From NCBI GenBank assembly GCA_947628215.1, contig CANQYZ010000004.1, positions 14,460 through 78,459 on the forward strand: DNA of 64,000 nucleotides, read 5' to 3'. Under the pieces are notes generated by a model. That model did no database searches. It was not told the DNA's origin and saw only the letters and a program-made list of their open reading frames with translations. A program made the translations under genes and the position numbers. Shown here piece after piece: positions 10,939 through 22,192 of this stretch. The stretch comes from an uncultured Clostridia bacterium (lineage in GTDB: Bacteria > Bacillota > Clostridia > TANB77 > CAG-508). Every line of letters begins with the position of its first letter. Positions within the stretch are counted from its first letter, which is position 1.

Positions 10939-12144
10939 ATGAGTGGAGAAAAAAAAGAAAACATATCTAAAATAGGTAACTTTTTCAAAAATCTTCCAGA
11001 TTGGTTCATAAAACAAGTGGAAAAAGTTAAAAACTTAGAGAGAAAAACAAAAATTATTCTTGCAGTAGTATTACTTTTAGTAATAATTGCAATAATAAGC
11101 TTAATAGTATTTTCAATAAATAGTAAAAAGCTAGGAAACTTAGTAGGAAATATAAATAATAATGGTATAGCAGTAAAAGATGGAAGTGCAGCTGTTATAT
11201 CTTATACAAATACAGAAGATGGAAATGATTCATCTGAAAAAGTAGCAAGATCTGGTATATATAAAGTAAATTCAAATGGAAAAGTAAAAACATACGAAAC
11301 ATTTGGAGAAAATGTATATGGATTTTCAGTAAATAAAGTAGGAAACTGGATTTACTATATGAAAGTTGACGATGAAAAAGGGACAAGAGATATAGTAAAA
11401 ACAAACGGAAATAAAAGAGTAGTAATTGCAAAAGACCTACCATCATATGTAAAAAATAGTGAATACTTAATAGAAAATTATACTCTTATGACAATTGAAG
11501 CAAACTATATTTATTATTTAAATGAGAATCAAAATATTACTAGAATTAAGACAAATGGAAAAAATAAAGAAGTAATAAGAGACGATATAAAAGCAAAAGA
11601 TTTTGTAGTATATAAAGATTATATTTATCTAAATACAGATGATAATGAATTTATGAAAATCAAAATTAAAGATTTTGAGGAAAAACAAAATTTAAAAAAT
11701 ATAAATGCAAATGATTTTCAAGTTGAAGGAAAATATATTTATTACATTGATAAAGCAAACAAATTACTTAGAGTAGACTTAAATGGAAACAACGAAAAAG
11801 TAATAGTAGATAAACAAATACAATCATTTAACGTAATAGGAAATGAAGTTTACTATTTTGCAGAAGAGAGTAAGTCTTCATCAGAAGAATCTAACGAATT
11901 TGCAATATTTAAGCTTAATATGAAGAATAATGAAACTAAAAAAATTGTAGATACTGCATATTCAGCAAGTAAGATTAATATTGCAGGAAATTACATCTAT
12001 TATGATGATAGAATAGATGGAGATATTTATTATAATACTGTATATAAAGTAAAACTTGATGGATCAGAAAAAGAAGATTTAGGACAGAAAGTTTTATCAG
12101 CAGAAGTTAAAGAATTTGATATAAAAGGAGATTCTTCAAAATAG
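10939..12144 (+). CDS. DUF5050-like beta-propeller repeat protein, N-terminally membrane anchored.
   Basis: Recurrent YIYY/ YIYYxD motifs (NWIYYMK, NYIYYLN, KYIYYID, NEVYYFA, NYIYYDD). Signal-anchor helix. Confidence 0.5.
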   Translation: MSGEKKENISKIGNFFKNLPDWFIKQVEKVKNLERKTKIILAVVLLLVIIAIISLIVFSINSKKLGNLVGNINNNGIAVKDGSAAVISYTNTEDGNDSSEKVARSGIYKVNSNGKVKTYETFGENVYGFSVNKVGNWIYYMKVDDEKGTRDIVKTNGNKRVVIAKDLPSYVKNSEYLIENYTLMTIEANYIYYLNENQNITRIKTNGKNKEVIRDDIKAKDFVVYKDYIYLNTDDNEFMKIKIKDFEEKQNLKNINANDFQVEGKYIYYIDKANKLLRVDLNGNNEKVIVDKQIQSFNVIGNEVYYFAEESKSSSEESNEFAIFKLNMKNNETKKIVDTAYSASKINIAGNYIYYDDRIDGDIYYNTVYKVKLDGSEKEDLGQKVLSAEVKEFDIKGDSSK

Positions 12145-12149
12145 CAAAA

Positions 12150-12188
12150 GAGAAAGTGGACTTTAAGATGTAAGTCCACTTTTTTTAA
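12150..12188 (+). terminator. Rho-independent terminator.
   Basis: agtggacttt-aagatgt-aagtccact followed by T7. Confidence 0.55.
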
Positions 12189-12212
12189 GAAAGATTTTTA
12201 AGGAGGAAAGAA

Positions 12213-12353
12213 ATGAGTTTAGGAACAGTTGCATATAATAAAAAAATATATAACTTAGACTATATGACAGAAGAAGAACTTGAAAATCTTTTAAATGATA
12301 TAGAAAAGGATAGGTTAAAGCTAAAAAAAGAAATTAAGGTATTAGTTAAATAG
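12213..12353 (+). CDS. Small (46 aa) hypothetical protein.
   Basis: Strong RBS aaggagg 6 nt upstream. Product is MSLGTVAYNKKIYNLDYMTEEELENLLNDIEKDRLKLKKEIKVLVK. Confidence 0.3.
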   Translation: MSLGTVAYNKKIYNLDYMTEEELENLLNDIEKDRLKLKKEIKVLVK

Positions 12354-12370
12354 GAGGTAAAATTTTTTAG

Positions 12371-13183
12371 ATGAGTGATTTTCAAAAAGAAAAAGACCAA
12401 AAATTTAATAATGTACTAAATAGCTTAATTAAACTATCTAAATTAAGTGCTATAGTTTCTTCTGCATATCAATATAAAAGTACTGAAAATTTAATAATAG
12501 ACAAAACTTCAAAAGAGGAAAATGTAATTATTTTTGGAATAGAAAATATTAATACAAAAGTATTAACAAATCCTTTAAAGTATGAAAATATCATAAATAG
12601 AAAAGATGAATTATTACTTGAATATAAAGATGTTCTAGATACAGTTGGAACTAATTACGATAATCAATTAACACTTGCATATGTAAGACAATATGAAGAA
12701 GATTTAGAACAACTTGAAAAATTAGTAGATATTTATATGCTTAGAAAAAAAGAAAATGAAGCTAAAAGAAAAGTAGACAATAGTGATGATGAAATAGCAG
12801 AAGAAATATATGATATAGAAGATGAGCTTGGAAAAAGTGAAGCTAAATCTAGAAGAGGAAAGACTTCCATAAATGCAAAAATTAAAGAAAAAAATAAAGT
12901 ATTAATGGAAGCTATGGAAAGTGAAGAAAAGGAAATTCATACTAAAATAAAAAGACCAACTTTTTTGCTTGGTGCTAAAAAATTCTTTTTTGGTAGATTT
13001 AATCCCAAAAAACTTATTGAAAAAAATGTTTTTTCTGGATTTAGAGAAAGAATAGAAAAATTTAAAAGTGATGAACTTGAGAATGTAAAGAAGAGTCACA
13101 AGTTTACAAGTGAAAATGTTGTAAAAGAAATAGATGATATTTCTGCAAAAAAAGTAAAAACAATATTGTCAAAATTAGATTAA
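12371..13183 (+). CDS. Hypothetical protein with charged, coiled-coil-like regions.
   Basis: RBS taggagg. 270-aa ORF with no recognisable family. Confidence 0.45.
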   Translation: MSDFQKEKDQKFNNVLNSLIKLSKLSAIVSSAYQYKSTENLIIDKTSKEENVIIFGIENINTKVLTNPLKYENIINRKDELLLEYKDVLDTVGTNYDNQLTLAYVRQYEEDLEQLEKLVDIYMLRKKENEAKRKVDNSDDEIAEEIYDIEDELGKSEAKSRRGKTSINAKIKEKNKVLMEAMESEEKEIHTKIKRPTFLLGAKKFFFGRFNPKKLIEKNVFSGFRERIEKFKSDELENVKKSHKFTSENVVKEIDDISAKKVKTILSKLD

Positions 13184-13204
13184 TATGCTAAAATATTAGA
13201 CTAT

Positions 13205-13475
13205 AGAGTAAAAATAAAATAAAAATCAATGAAAAAGCAAAGTAGAAAGGCAAAAAATATATTAAGAGAGAATAGGTTAAAAGCTGAGAGCCTATTTATA
13301 TATTGCTTATCGAAATTTCACTTTTGAGATTCTATATTGAAATTCAAAGTAGGTATAGACGTATAAGCTACGTTAAGAGCTTTTAGAGTTTAAATAAGAA
13401 ATTATTTAATAAATTTAGGTGGTACCACGGAAATTATAGACCTTTCGTCCTATGGATTGAAAGGTCTTTTTGTAT
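13205..13475 (+). promoter_or_regulatory. T-box riboswitch leader of pheS-pheT, with an upstream promoter (TTGTCA-17-TAAAAT at 13166..13194).
   Basis: Conserved T-box sequence aatttaggtggtaccacgg at 13412..13430. Terminator hairpin agacctttcg...cgaaaggtct plus T-run at 13438..13473. UUC-A specifier candidates in stem I. The gene context (pheS) fits a Phe T-box. Confidence 0.7.
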
Positions 13476-13506
13476 GGTAAATTTTAATTTTTTAAGGAGG
13501 ATATAA

Positions 13507-14562
13507 ATGGAGGAGAAAGTAAATTCAATTAAGAAAAATGCAGTAGATGAAATTGAAAAGACATCTGATTTACATGACTTAAATGATATAAGAGTTATGT
13601 ATTTAGGGAAAAAAGGAAAACTTACAGAAATACTAAGAAGTATGGGAGAGTTGTCTAGCGAAGAAAGACCAAAAGTTGGCTCTTTAGTAAATAAAGCAAA
13701 AGAAGAAGTAGAAGAAATTATAAAACAAAAAGAAGAAGAATTAAAAAAATTAGAACTTTCTAAAAAATTAGAAGAAGAAGATATAGACATTACTCTTCCA
13801 AGTAAAAAAACAGTAAGAGGAAGCAAACATCCTTTAAATAGAGTAATAGAAGAAGTTGAAGATTTATTTGTATCTATGGGATATGATGTAGTTTCAGGAC
13901 CAGAACTTGAAACAGATGAATATTGTTTTGAAAGATTAAATCTTCCAAAAGGACATCCAGCAAGAGATATGCAAGATAGCTTTTATATTACAACAGAATA
14001 TTTGCTTAGAACTCAAACTTCTGCAGTTCAAGCAAGAACTATGATGGCAAATACAGAAAAAACTCCAATAAGAGTAATAGTACCAGGAAAGACTTTTAGA
14101 AGAGAAGATGATGCAACACATTCACATCAATTTAATCAAGTTGAAGGATTAGTTGTAGATAAAAATATTTCTTTAGCTGATCTTAAAGGTACTCTAGAAG
14201 TATTTATGAAAAAAATGCTTGGACAAAATACAGAACTTAGATTTAGACCAAGCTATTTCCCATTTACAGAACCATCTTATGAAGTAGATGTTACATGTTT
14301 TAAATGTGGTGGAAAAGGATGTAATCTTTGTAAACAAACAGGATGGATTGAACTTCTAGGATCAGGAATAGTTCATCCAAATGTTTTAAGAATGAATGGA
14401 TATGATCCAGATAAATATTCAGGATTTGCATTTGGTGTAGGACTTGATAGACTTGCTATGTTTAAATATGGAATTACTGATATAAGACTTTTATATCAAA
14501 ATGATGTTAGATTTTTAAAACAATTTGATAGAAAGGATGAAGAATATGAAATTAAGTATTAA
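13507..14562 (+). CDS. pheS: Phenylalanine--tRNA ligase alpha subunit.
   Basis: Class II aaRS motifs ([12 protein letters not shown], GxGxGxDR). 351 aa. Confidence 0.95.
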   Translation: MEEKVNSIKKNAVDEIEKTSDLHDLNDIRVMYLGKKGKLTEILRSMGELSSEERPKVGSLVNKAKEEVEEIIKQKEEELKKLELSKKLEEEDIDITLPSKKTVRGSKHPLNRVIEEVEDLFVSMGYDVVSGPELETDEYCFERLNLPKGHPARDMQDSFYITTEYLLRTQTSAVQARTMMANTEKTPIRVIVPGKTFRREDDATHSHQFNQVEGLVVDKNISLADLKGTLEVFMKKMLGQNTELRFRPSYFPFTEPSYEVDVTCFKCGGKGCNLCKQTGWIELLGSGIVHPNVLRMNGYDPDKYSGFAFGVGLDRLAMFKYGITDIRLLYQNDVRFLKQFDRKDEEYEIKY

Positions 14563-16915
14563 TTTTTTAAAAGATTATGTTGATTTAGATGAAAACATAG
14601 ATGTAAAGAAAATTGCTGATGATATGACAAATGCAGGAAATGAATATGATGAAGCAGGCTCACTTATAAATTGCACAAATTTAGTAATAGGTGAAGTTTT
14701 AGAATGTACTATGCACCCAGATTCTGATCACTTACATTGCTGCAAAGTAGATGTAGGAAATGAAGTTTTAAATATAGTTTGCGGAGCTCCAAATGTACGT
14801 AAAGGATTAAAAGTAATAGTAGCTTTAGCTGGTGCAAAATTACCAGGTGGAGAAATAAAAAGAGGAATTATTAGAGGACAAGAATCTAATGGAATGATTT
14901 GTTCTATTGCAGAACTTGGATTAGAAAATAAATTCTTAAAAGAAGAAGATAAAGCTGGAATTCATGAACTTCCACAAGATGCAAAAGTTGGAGAAGATCC
15001 AATTAAATATATGGGAATGGATGATAGTGTTATTGATTTTGACCTAACTGCAAACAGAGGAGATCTTTTAAGTATATTAGGTATGGCTTATGAAGTAGGA
15101 GCTATATATGATAAAAAAGTAAAAGATATTGATTTATCACATAAAGAAAATAATGAAGATATAAATGATACATTTAAAGTAAAAGTAAATACAGAAAATT
15201 GTTCAATATTTTTAGCTAAAAAAATAAAAAATGTTGTAATTAAAGAAAGCCCAGCATACATAAAAAATAGACTTATAGCATCTGGAATAAGACCAATTAA
15301 TAATGTAGTAGATATAAGTAATTACGTAATGCTAGAGACTGGTCAACCACTTCATTTTTATGATGCAGATACTCTAGAAGGATGCCTAGAAGTTAGAATG
15401 GCAAAAGAGGGAGAAAAACTTACAACTCTAGATGGAATAGAAAGAATCTTAAAAGAAGAAGATATTGTAATTTCAAATGGTAAAAAAGCAATTGGACTTG
15501 CAGGCGTTATGGGAGGATTAGAAACAGAAATTACAGAAAAGACTAAAAACATTATTATAGAATCTGCAATATTTGATAATGTAAAAATTAGAAGAACATC
15601 AAATGCAATTTTAAGAAGTGAAGCAAGTAACAGATTTGAAAAAGGATTAGATCCAAATAGAACTTATATGGCAATTGAGAGATCTTGTAATTTACTAGAA
15701 AAATATGCAGATGCTGAAGTAGTAGGAAACATAGCAAAATATGATACAACTTCTTTAAAAGACACAAATATTGATATTACAGCAGAAAATATAAATGCAA
15801 TTCTTGGAATGGAAATTTCAAAAGAAGATATATTAGATGTATTTAGAAGACTTGGATTTAAGACAAGTGTAAATAAAGACATAATAACAGTATCTGTTCC
15901 AAAAAGAAGAATTGATATATCAATAAAAGAAGATTTAATAGAAGAAGTAGGACGTATTTATGGAGTAAATAATATAAAAGGAAAACTTCCAAACATTTTA
16001 CCTAAGATGGGAAGCTATGATAAAGTTACAAGACAAATTAGAAATAAAATGATAAATCTTGGACTAAATGAAACATTATCTTATGTATTAGTTCCAGAAG
16101 CAGATGCAAAAATGTTTACAAATGATGATACAGAAGTTGTTAAACTTTTAGCTCCATTATCAGAAGATAAAAATACTTTAAGACATAGTGTATCTGTTGC
16201 TTTATATAAGATTTATGAGTACAATAAAGCAAGAAATAATAAAGATGTATGTATATTTGAGATAGGAAAATCATTCCAAAAACAAGGAGAAGAATATAGT
16301 GAAACTAAAAAACTAGCTTCTCTTATGACAGGTGAATATTATCTTGGAATTAATAAGAAAAAAGTAGACTTTTATGTAATTAAAGGTGTAGCAGAAGAAA
16401 TTTTAGATTATTTAGGATATAATGGAAGATATAGTTTTGTAAAAGACAAAGAAAAAATACCAAAGGATATGCATCCTGGTCAATCTGCTATGATTTCAGT
16501 AAATAATGATATGGTAGGTGTAATTGGAAAAATTCACCCAGAAATAGAAGAAGATGATGTATACATTTTAGAAATTGATTTAGATAGACTTTTAGATAAA
16601 AAAGTTTCAAGAATGAAATATAAAGAAATTTCTAAATATCCAGAAGTTAAGAAAGATATTGCTATAGTAGTAGATGATAAAGTTACTTCAAGAGAAATTG
16701 AAACTACAATTAAAAAAGCAGGAGGGTCACTTCTTACAAAGAGTGAAGTATTTGATATTTATAAAGGAAATGGAATTAAAGAAGGCAAAAAGAGCTTAGC
16801 ATATTCACTTTCATTTAATGATCAAGATAGAACTTTAACAGATGAAGAAATAAATAAAGCTGTTGAAAAAATTATTGAAAGATTAGAAAAAGATTTAAAA
16901 GCAGAATTAAGATAA
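14546..16915 (+). CDS. pheT: Phenylalanine--tRNA ligase beta subunit.
   Basis: Typical N-terminus [16 protein letters not shown] aaggatgaag. Overlaps the pheS stop. About 790 aa. Confidence 0.95.
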   Translation: MKLSINFLKDYVDLDENIDVKKIADDMTNAGNEYDEAGSLINCTNLVIGEVLECTMHPDSDHLHCCKVDVGNEVLNIVCGAPNVRKGLKVIVALAGAKLPGGEIKRGIIRGQESNGMICSIAELGLENKFLKEEDKAGIHELPQDAKVGEDPIKYMGMDDSVIDFDLTANRGDLLSILGMAYEVGAIYDKKVKDIDLSHKENNEDINDTFKVKVNTENCSIFLAKKIKNVVIKESPAYIKNRLIASGIRPINNVVDISNYVMLETGQPLHFYDADTLEGCLEVRMAKEGEKLTTLDGIERILKEEDIVISNGKKAIGLAGVMGGLETEITEKTKNIIIESAIFDNVKIRRTSNAILRSEASNRFEKGLDPNRTYMAIERSCNLLEKYADAEVVGNIAKYDTTSLKDTNIDITAENINAILGMEISKEDILDVFRRLGFKTSVNKDIITVSVPKRRIDISIKEDLIEEVGRIYGVNNIKGKLPNILPKMGSYDKVTRQIRNKMINLGLNETLSYVLVPEADAKMFTNDDTEVVKLLAPLSEDKNTLRHSVSVALYKIYEYNKARNNKDVCIFEIGKSFQKQGEEYSETKKLASLMTGEYYLGINKKKVDFYVIKGVAEEILDYLGYNGRYSFVKDKEKIPKDMHPGQSAMISVNNDMVGVIGKIHPEIEEDDVYILEIDLDRLLDKKVSRMKYKEISKYPEVKKDIAIVVDDKVTSREIETTIKKAGGSLLTKSEVFDIYKGNGIKEGKKSLAYSLSFNDQDRTLTDEEINKAVEKIIERLEKDLKAELR

Positions 16916-16960
16916 TAAATAAAACATAAGATAAAGCCTTAAATGTAGGAGTTTTGTAGC

Positions 16961-17900
16961 ATGAAAAGGAAAAATATAAGTTTAATACGGTATCATTATT
17001 TTAGTATTAATAGTAATTGTTTTAGGATTACTTTATATAAATAAAAATAAAATTTCTAAAATGATAGATAATATATCTGAAGAAAATAGAATTCAAAAAA
17101 CAAATGAATTAGTGAAAAACGTAAAAAAATTAGATTCTAAAAAAGAGATTGTTTATACTAAATGTGAATATGAAGAAAGCATAGAAGATGAAGGTGCAGA
17201 AAATGGGGATAACTCAGTTTGTTTTTACAGATATCCTGTAATAAATATTGATTCAGAAGATGTAAAAAACATAAATGAGGAAATCGAAGAAATTTTTGGG
17301 TTTTCATATGATGATAAAGAAAAAGAATTAAATAATCTTAAATATTCACTTGGAATAAATTATTTTTACTATATAAATGATAAAATATTGTCAGTTGTTG
17401 TAGTTGGATGCGAAGTTAATAAAATGGAATGTAAATATTATAATATTGATTTATCATCTTTAAAAAAGATAGAAAATAGTTCATTAGTTGGCAAAGATGT
17501 AGATATTAAAAAAATGAAACAAAAAGTTATAGACTTTGCAAATAAAAAATTTGATGAACAAATTGACGCTGTAGAACAAGAAGAACTAAATGAAGATGAA
17601 GAAATAGATGATGATATTGAACTTGAAGAGGAAGTTATAGAAGAATCAGACGAAGAAGAATATACAGAGCAAGATGATGATGCAGAAGATATTGATGATA
17701 CAGAACTTTTAATAGAAAAGACAAGAGAGAATTTCATAAATAAAATGAACTTAATAGAAAAATTTGATAGCACATATTTTAATAAAGACGGAGATTTATG
17801 TGCAAGATTTGAAGTAGAAGTTGCAAATGGAATGGAACTTGATACAGAAGTTATAGAGCTAAATATAACAAAAAGAAAATGTTACACTTGTAGTAGATGA
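16961..17900 (+). CDS. Membrane-anchored, highly acidic hypothetical protein. +1 junction at in-frame CGG 16988..16990.
   Basis: MKRKNISLI-[c]-GIIILVLIVIVLGLLYINKNK gives a continuous signal-anchor leading into the acidic ORF 17061..17900. Without the skip, the ATG-initiated frame stops after 27 codons. Confidence 0.5.
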
Positions 17901-18011
17901 AGAATTTGTTGGTAAAAAAACAGAATTTAAACCAAATTTCTAAAAATTAAAAAATAAAACGGACAGTACTTAAAATTGAAGTATTTGTCCGTTTTTAAAG
18001 GCTTTTATAAA

Positions 18012-18040
18012 TTGACAAAACGGCAACATATTGATAATAT
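18012..18040 (+). promoter_or_regulatory. Sigma-A promoter TTGACA-17-TAATAT.
   Basis: Read directly from the sequence, upstream of the yqeG-like gene. Confidence 0.45.
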
Positions 18041-18065
18041 ATAGATGAATAAAACGGAGGAAGAA

Positions 18066-18563
18066 ATGAATATATACCCAGATCTATATTTAGATAGTGT
18101 AAAAAATATTAGCTCAGAACTTTTAAAGAAAAATAATATAAAAGGGTTAATATTAGATGTTGATAATACTTTAATAGATTATTATAAAAATTTGCTAGAT
18201 GGAGCAGAAAAATGGTGCAAAGATATTAAAGATGATGGAATTAAATGTATGATAGTTTCAAATAGTCATAAAAAAGAAAAAGTTGAAACTGTAGCAAAAA
18301 AATTAGAAATTCCATATATTTTATTTGCAAAAAAACCTTTTAAATCAGGATTTATAAGAGCTTCAGAGCAAATGAAATTAGCTCCTGAAGAAATTGCGGT
18401 TGTAGGAGATCAAATTTTTACTGATGTAATAGGTGCTAGAAGATGTAATATGTTTGCAATTTTAGTAAAACAAGTTGCTAAAAAAGATATTCTTATAACA
18501 GCAGTAAAAAGACCAATAGAAAATCTTGTAATTAAAAGTTATTTAAAAAGGAAAGGTAAATAA
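18066..18563 (+). CDS. YqeG-family HAD-IIIA phosphatase.
   Basis: ILDVDNTLIDYY HAD motif I. RBS ggagga precedes ATG 18066. Confidence 0.75.
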   Translation: MNIYPDLYLDSVKNISSELLKKNNIKGLILDVDNTLIDYYKNLLDGAEKWCKDIKDDGIKCMIVSNSHKKEKVETVAKKLEIPYILFAKKPFKSGFIRASEQMKLAPEEIAVVGDQIFTDVIGARRCNMFAILVKQVAKKDILITAVKRPIENLVIKSYLKRKGK

Positions 18564-18565
18564 AG

Positions 18566-19342
18566 ATGTATATTAATGGCATTCATATTATTGCATATTT
18601 ATTAATAGGATTTTTTGGAGTTTTTATTGGACAAGTAGTAGGACTTCTAAATGAGAGGTTTGCAAACCATGAAAAAATATTTTCAAAAGCTACTTTAAGA
18701 TGGATTAAGATAAATGGCGAGCCTCATTATATGCTTATGACTATTACTGGAATATCATATATTGTTTTATTATATGTTTTAGGATTTGATAAGGTAAACA
18801 TTTACGCAAATATAGATTTGATTTCATATATGGTTTTAATACCAACACTTATTTCAATATTTATCATAGATTATAAATATGAAATAATACCAAATAGACT
18901 AGTTATAAATTTACTTGAAATTGGACTTATTTCAACTTTTGCAAATGGCATTTTAAATCAAAATGGAACTAGTATTGCAATAGATAGAATTGCAGGACTT
19001 TTAGCAGGTAGTGGTATTTTCTTAGTAATTACTCTAATTGGTGGACTAATTGCTGGAAAAGAAGCAATGGGAATGGGAGATGTAAAACTTGTAGGAGTTT
19101 TAGGATTGTTTTTTGGTGTTAAAAGAATAATAATGATTTCTGTAATTTCATTTTTAGTAGGAGCAGTTTTAAGTATAGTAATTATTTTACTAAAAAAGAA
19201 AAAACCAAATGAATATATTCCATTTGGACCTTTTATAGTATGTGCAACTTTTGTTAATATATATATCCCTGAAGCAATATTATTTAATTCTTTATGGTGG
19301 TTATTTTCAGGAGAATGGTTTATAAAAATATTAAATAAGTAG
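18566..19342 (+). CDS. A24-family prepilin (type IV leader) peptidase.
   Basis: Polytopic membrane protein with a GMGDVKLVGVLGLFFG catalytic region. Confidence 0.8.
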   Translation: MYINGIHIIAYLLIGFFGVFIGQVVGLLNERFANHEKIFSKATLRWIKINGEPHYMLMTITGISYIVLLYVLGFDKVNIYANIDLISYMVLIPTLISIFIIDYKYEIIPNRLVINLLEIGLISTFANGILNQNGTSIAIDRIAGLLAGSGIFLVITLIGGLIAGKEAMGMGDVKLVGVLGLFFGVKRIIMISVISFLVGAVLSIVIILLKKKKPNEYIPFGPFIVCATFVNIYIPEAILFNSLWWLFSGEWFIKILNK

Positions 19343-19356
19343 GAGGGATAAAAACC

Positions 19357-20422
19357 ATGAATATGAAAATAAAATGGCTAAGAGATAAATTAAAAAGTAT
19401 GAACTTACAAGGAATGATTGTTTCAAATCCAACAAATATTAAATATTTGACTGGAATTGAAGCAGAAGGGGTCTTACTTATAACTTTAAGAGAAAATATA
19501 TTTATTACAGATGGAAGATATGTAGAAGCAGTAAATACTATTCTTACAATAGATGATGAGATATTAGTAAATGATAAAAAACAATTATCAAAAGAAGATT
19601 ATTCATCATTTTTTATGTTTTGTGAAAATGTTGGATTTGAAGAAAAATATGTTACTTATTACGATTATAAAAACATGCTTCATATGTATAGAGTAAACTT
19701 AATGGAAACAGAAGAAATAATTGAAAATCAAAGAGCTATAAAAGAAGAAAAAGAAATAGATTGCATAAAAAAAGCATGTGAAATAACAGATAAATGTTTT
19801 GAACATTTAAAAGAATTTATAAAAAGAGGACTTACAGAAAAAGAAATTGCTCTAGAAATAGAAAAATATATGATACAAAATGGAGCAGATTCAGTATCTT
19901 TTGATCCTATAGTTGCATCACGGTCATAATTCATCTATGCCTCATGCAGTTCCAACTACAAGAAGAATAAAAGAAGGAGACATTATAATACTTGACTTCG
20001 GATGTAAATATAAAGGATATTGTTCAGATATGACAAGAACTGTTTTCATAAATTATGTAGAAGACGAATATAAAGAAGTATATGATTTAGTTTTAAAAAA
20101 TAATGAAACAACAATAAAAAATTTAAAAGAAGGGGCAAACTTAAAATTATTATCTAAAGCAATAAGTGATGATCTAAAACAAAATGGTCATGTAGCAATG
20201 CATGCTCCAGGTCATGGTGTTGGAATGGATATTCACGAAATGCCTTTATTTAATTCAAATGTAGATCATATTGTAAAAGCAAATACAGTACTTACAGTAG
20301 AGCCAGGAGTTTATGTTACAGGAAACTTTGGAGTTAGAATAGAAGATACAGTACTTATAAATAAAAATGAAAGTATACCACTTACAAAATCAAGCAAAGA
20401 CTATACTATAATTAGAAGTTAA
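19357..20422 (+). CDS. M24 family Xaa-Pro aminopeptidase. +1 junction at in-frame CGG 19921..19923; ORF-track pieces 19357..19929 and 19913..20422.
   Basis: N-terminal creatinase-N-like domain plus C-terminal M24 domain (HGVGMDIHE). Skipping C19921 gives ...DPIVAS-G-HNSSMPHAVP, the canonical M24 junction. Confidence 0.8.
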
Positions 20423-20434
20423 AATAGGAGAAAA

Positions 20435-21037
20435 ATGGAAAAAGTATATTTAAGAATTATTAAAGTAGTTATTATTTGTATAGTTACATCAATTTTATTT
20501 TTGGTTTTAAGACCTATAATGATAAATGTTATTCCAAATATAGAAAGTAATTATAATTATGAGGAAATTGCAGAAGACGCAAATGAAGATGGAGAAGTAG
20601 ATGATGTAGAAGGCTATGGAATTTTATTTAGTTTTCTAATTGCATCAATGGGAGTTACTATGGCTATATTAATTGGAATTATGGTTATAGGATTTAGTTT
20701 TATTTTTTGTATAGGTTTTGTAATTTCTGCTATATTACTTTTAATTGCAAAAGCACTAGATAAAAATGGATGTAAGACATGGAGAAAAGTTTTATCTACA
20801 ATACTATTTATAATTTATTTTATAATACATTTAGGAATAATACTATTTAGCTCAATATATGTTTCACTAAAATTGCTTCCAATAGATTTTGCAATATACA
20901 TAGTAACTTTAGCAATAAATACTTATTTGTATATTAAAGGAAGAATTGATAGTGCAAAAGAAAATAAAGAAGAAGCTTCAGAAAAAATAGTCGTAGAAGA
21001 ATTAGATGATAGTAAAATTAAAAAAATTGAATCTTAA
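20435..21037 (+). CDS. Polytopic membrane hypothetical protein.
   Basis: RBS aggag. Several TM helices and an acidic C-terminal tail. Confidence 0.5.
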   Translation: MEKVYLRIIKVVIICIVTSILFLVLRPIMINVIPNIESNYNYEEIAEDANEDGEVDDVEGYGILFSFLIASMGVTMAILIGIMVIGFSFIFCIGFVISAILLLIAKALDKNGCKTWRKVLSTILFIIYFIIHLGIILFSSIYVSLKLLPIDFAIYIVTLAINTYLYIKGRIDSAKENKEEASEKIVVEELDDSKIKKIES

Positions 21038-21169
21038 AGAATATAAGAAAAGCTTAAAAGAGGTATAATACTTGATTTTTATAGTAAAATGTAGTATCAT
21101 AAGTAAGCTACTTAAAATATTGTTAAATAAAAAAATAAATAAATGAAAAAAATTGAGGAGGAATTTATT

Positions 21170-21736
21170 ATGGCAGATGTATATATGGCAGGAGATTTAA
21201 GAAATGGAACAACATTTGAAATGGATAATTCAGTATACAAAGTAGTTGAATTTCAACATGTAAAACCAGGAAAAGGAGCAGCTTTCGTAAGAACAAAATT
21301 AAAAAATGTAATTACAGGAGCAGTTCTTGAAAAAACTTTTAACCCATCTGAAAAATTACAAGGTGCAGAAGTTGAAAAAAGAGAAATGCAATACTTATAT
21401 AATGATGAAAATTTATATTATTTTATGGATAATGAAACATATGAACAAATACCACTTAATAAAGAACAAATTGGTGATGCATTAAAATATATGAAAGAAA
21501 ATATGAATGTAAAAATATTATCTTTTAAAGGAAATGTATTTGCAGTAGAACCACCAATGTTTGTTGAACTAGAAGTTACATATACAGAACCAGGATTTAG
21601 TGGAAATACAACTACTACATCAGGAAAACCAGCAACTCTTGAAAATGGTTATGAAATTTCAGTACCATTATTTATTAACATAGGTGATGTTATAAGAATT
21701 GATACTAGAACTGGTGAATATATGGAGAGAATCTAA
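21170..21736 (+). CDS. efp: Elongation factor P.
   Basis: [10 protein letters not shown]...[15 protein letters not shown] signature. RBS gaggagg 8 nt upstream of ATG 21170. Confidence 0.9.
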   Translation: MADVYMAGDLRNGTTFEMDNSVYKVVEFQHVKPGKGAAFVRTKLKNVITGAVLEKTFNPSEKLQGAEVEKREMQYLYNDENLYYFMDNETYEQIPLNKEQIGDALKYMKENMNVKILSFKGNVFAVEPPMFVELEVTYTEPGFSGNTTTTSGKPATLENGYEISVPLFINIGDVIRIDTRTGEYMERI

Positions 21737-21763
21737 ATATCATAAAGGAGATAAAAATAGAAA

Positions 21764-22192
21764 GTGTCAAGAGTAGATGAGACTTATAGAAAAATTGTTG
21801 AGACTTTAGAAAATAAAATCAAAGACGAAAATGAATTAAACATAGCTAAAAAACATTTAGATGAAGTAGTAAAAGATATAATTAATTCATATGATAGTGT
21901 TTTTGATTTATATGAAAAGAAAATATCTGCTTTAGAAAATTTAAATAAACAATATGAGAAAAAAATAGATGATTTAGATAAAAGATTAAAATCTATAGAA
22001 AAAATAATTGAAATGGAAGATTATGATATTTTTATTGAATGCCCATATTGTGGATTTGAATTTCAAACAGATTATGATGAAGATATAGAAGCAATTCCTT
22101 GTCCAGAATGCGGAAAACTTATAGAAGTAGATTGGTCTGATGATGAGGATGAAGATGACGACAATAATGATGATGAAAATAACGAAAATTAA
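21764..22192 (+). CDS. Coiled-coil / zinc-ribbon (CPYCG...CPECG) protein with a poly-acidic tail.
   Basis: GTG start after RBS aaaggag. Two CxxC pairs. DE-rich C-terminus. Confidence 0.45.
   Translation: MSRVDETYRKIVETLENKIKDENELNIAKKHLDEVVKDIINSYDSVFDLYEKKISALENLNKQYEKKIDDLDKRLKSIEKIIEMEDYDIFIECPYCGFEFQTDYDEDIEAIPCPECGKLIEVDWSDDEDEDDDNNDDENNEN

Noticed and set aside
8223-13200. Direct repeat of the tmRNA 3' end that would delimit an integrated element.
   Set aside because: No copy of gttcgactctcctcacttccacca or a substantial part of it was found by eye downstream, and no integrase gene is present. It is kept only as a low-confidence inference in the findings.
13434-13826. 130-aa minus-strand ORF spanning the T-box terminator and the 5' end of pheS.
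   Set aside because: It overlaps a conserved riboswitch and pheS in antisense. It is a spurious ORF.
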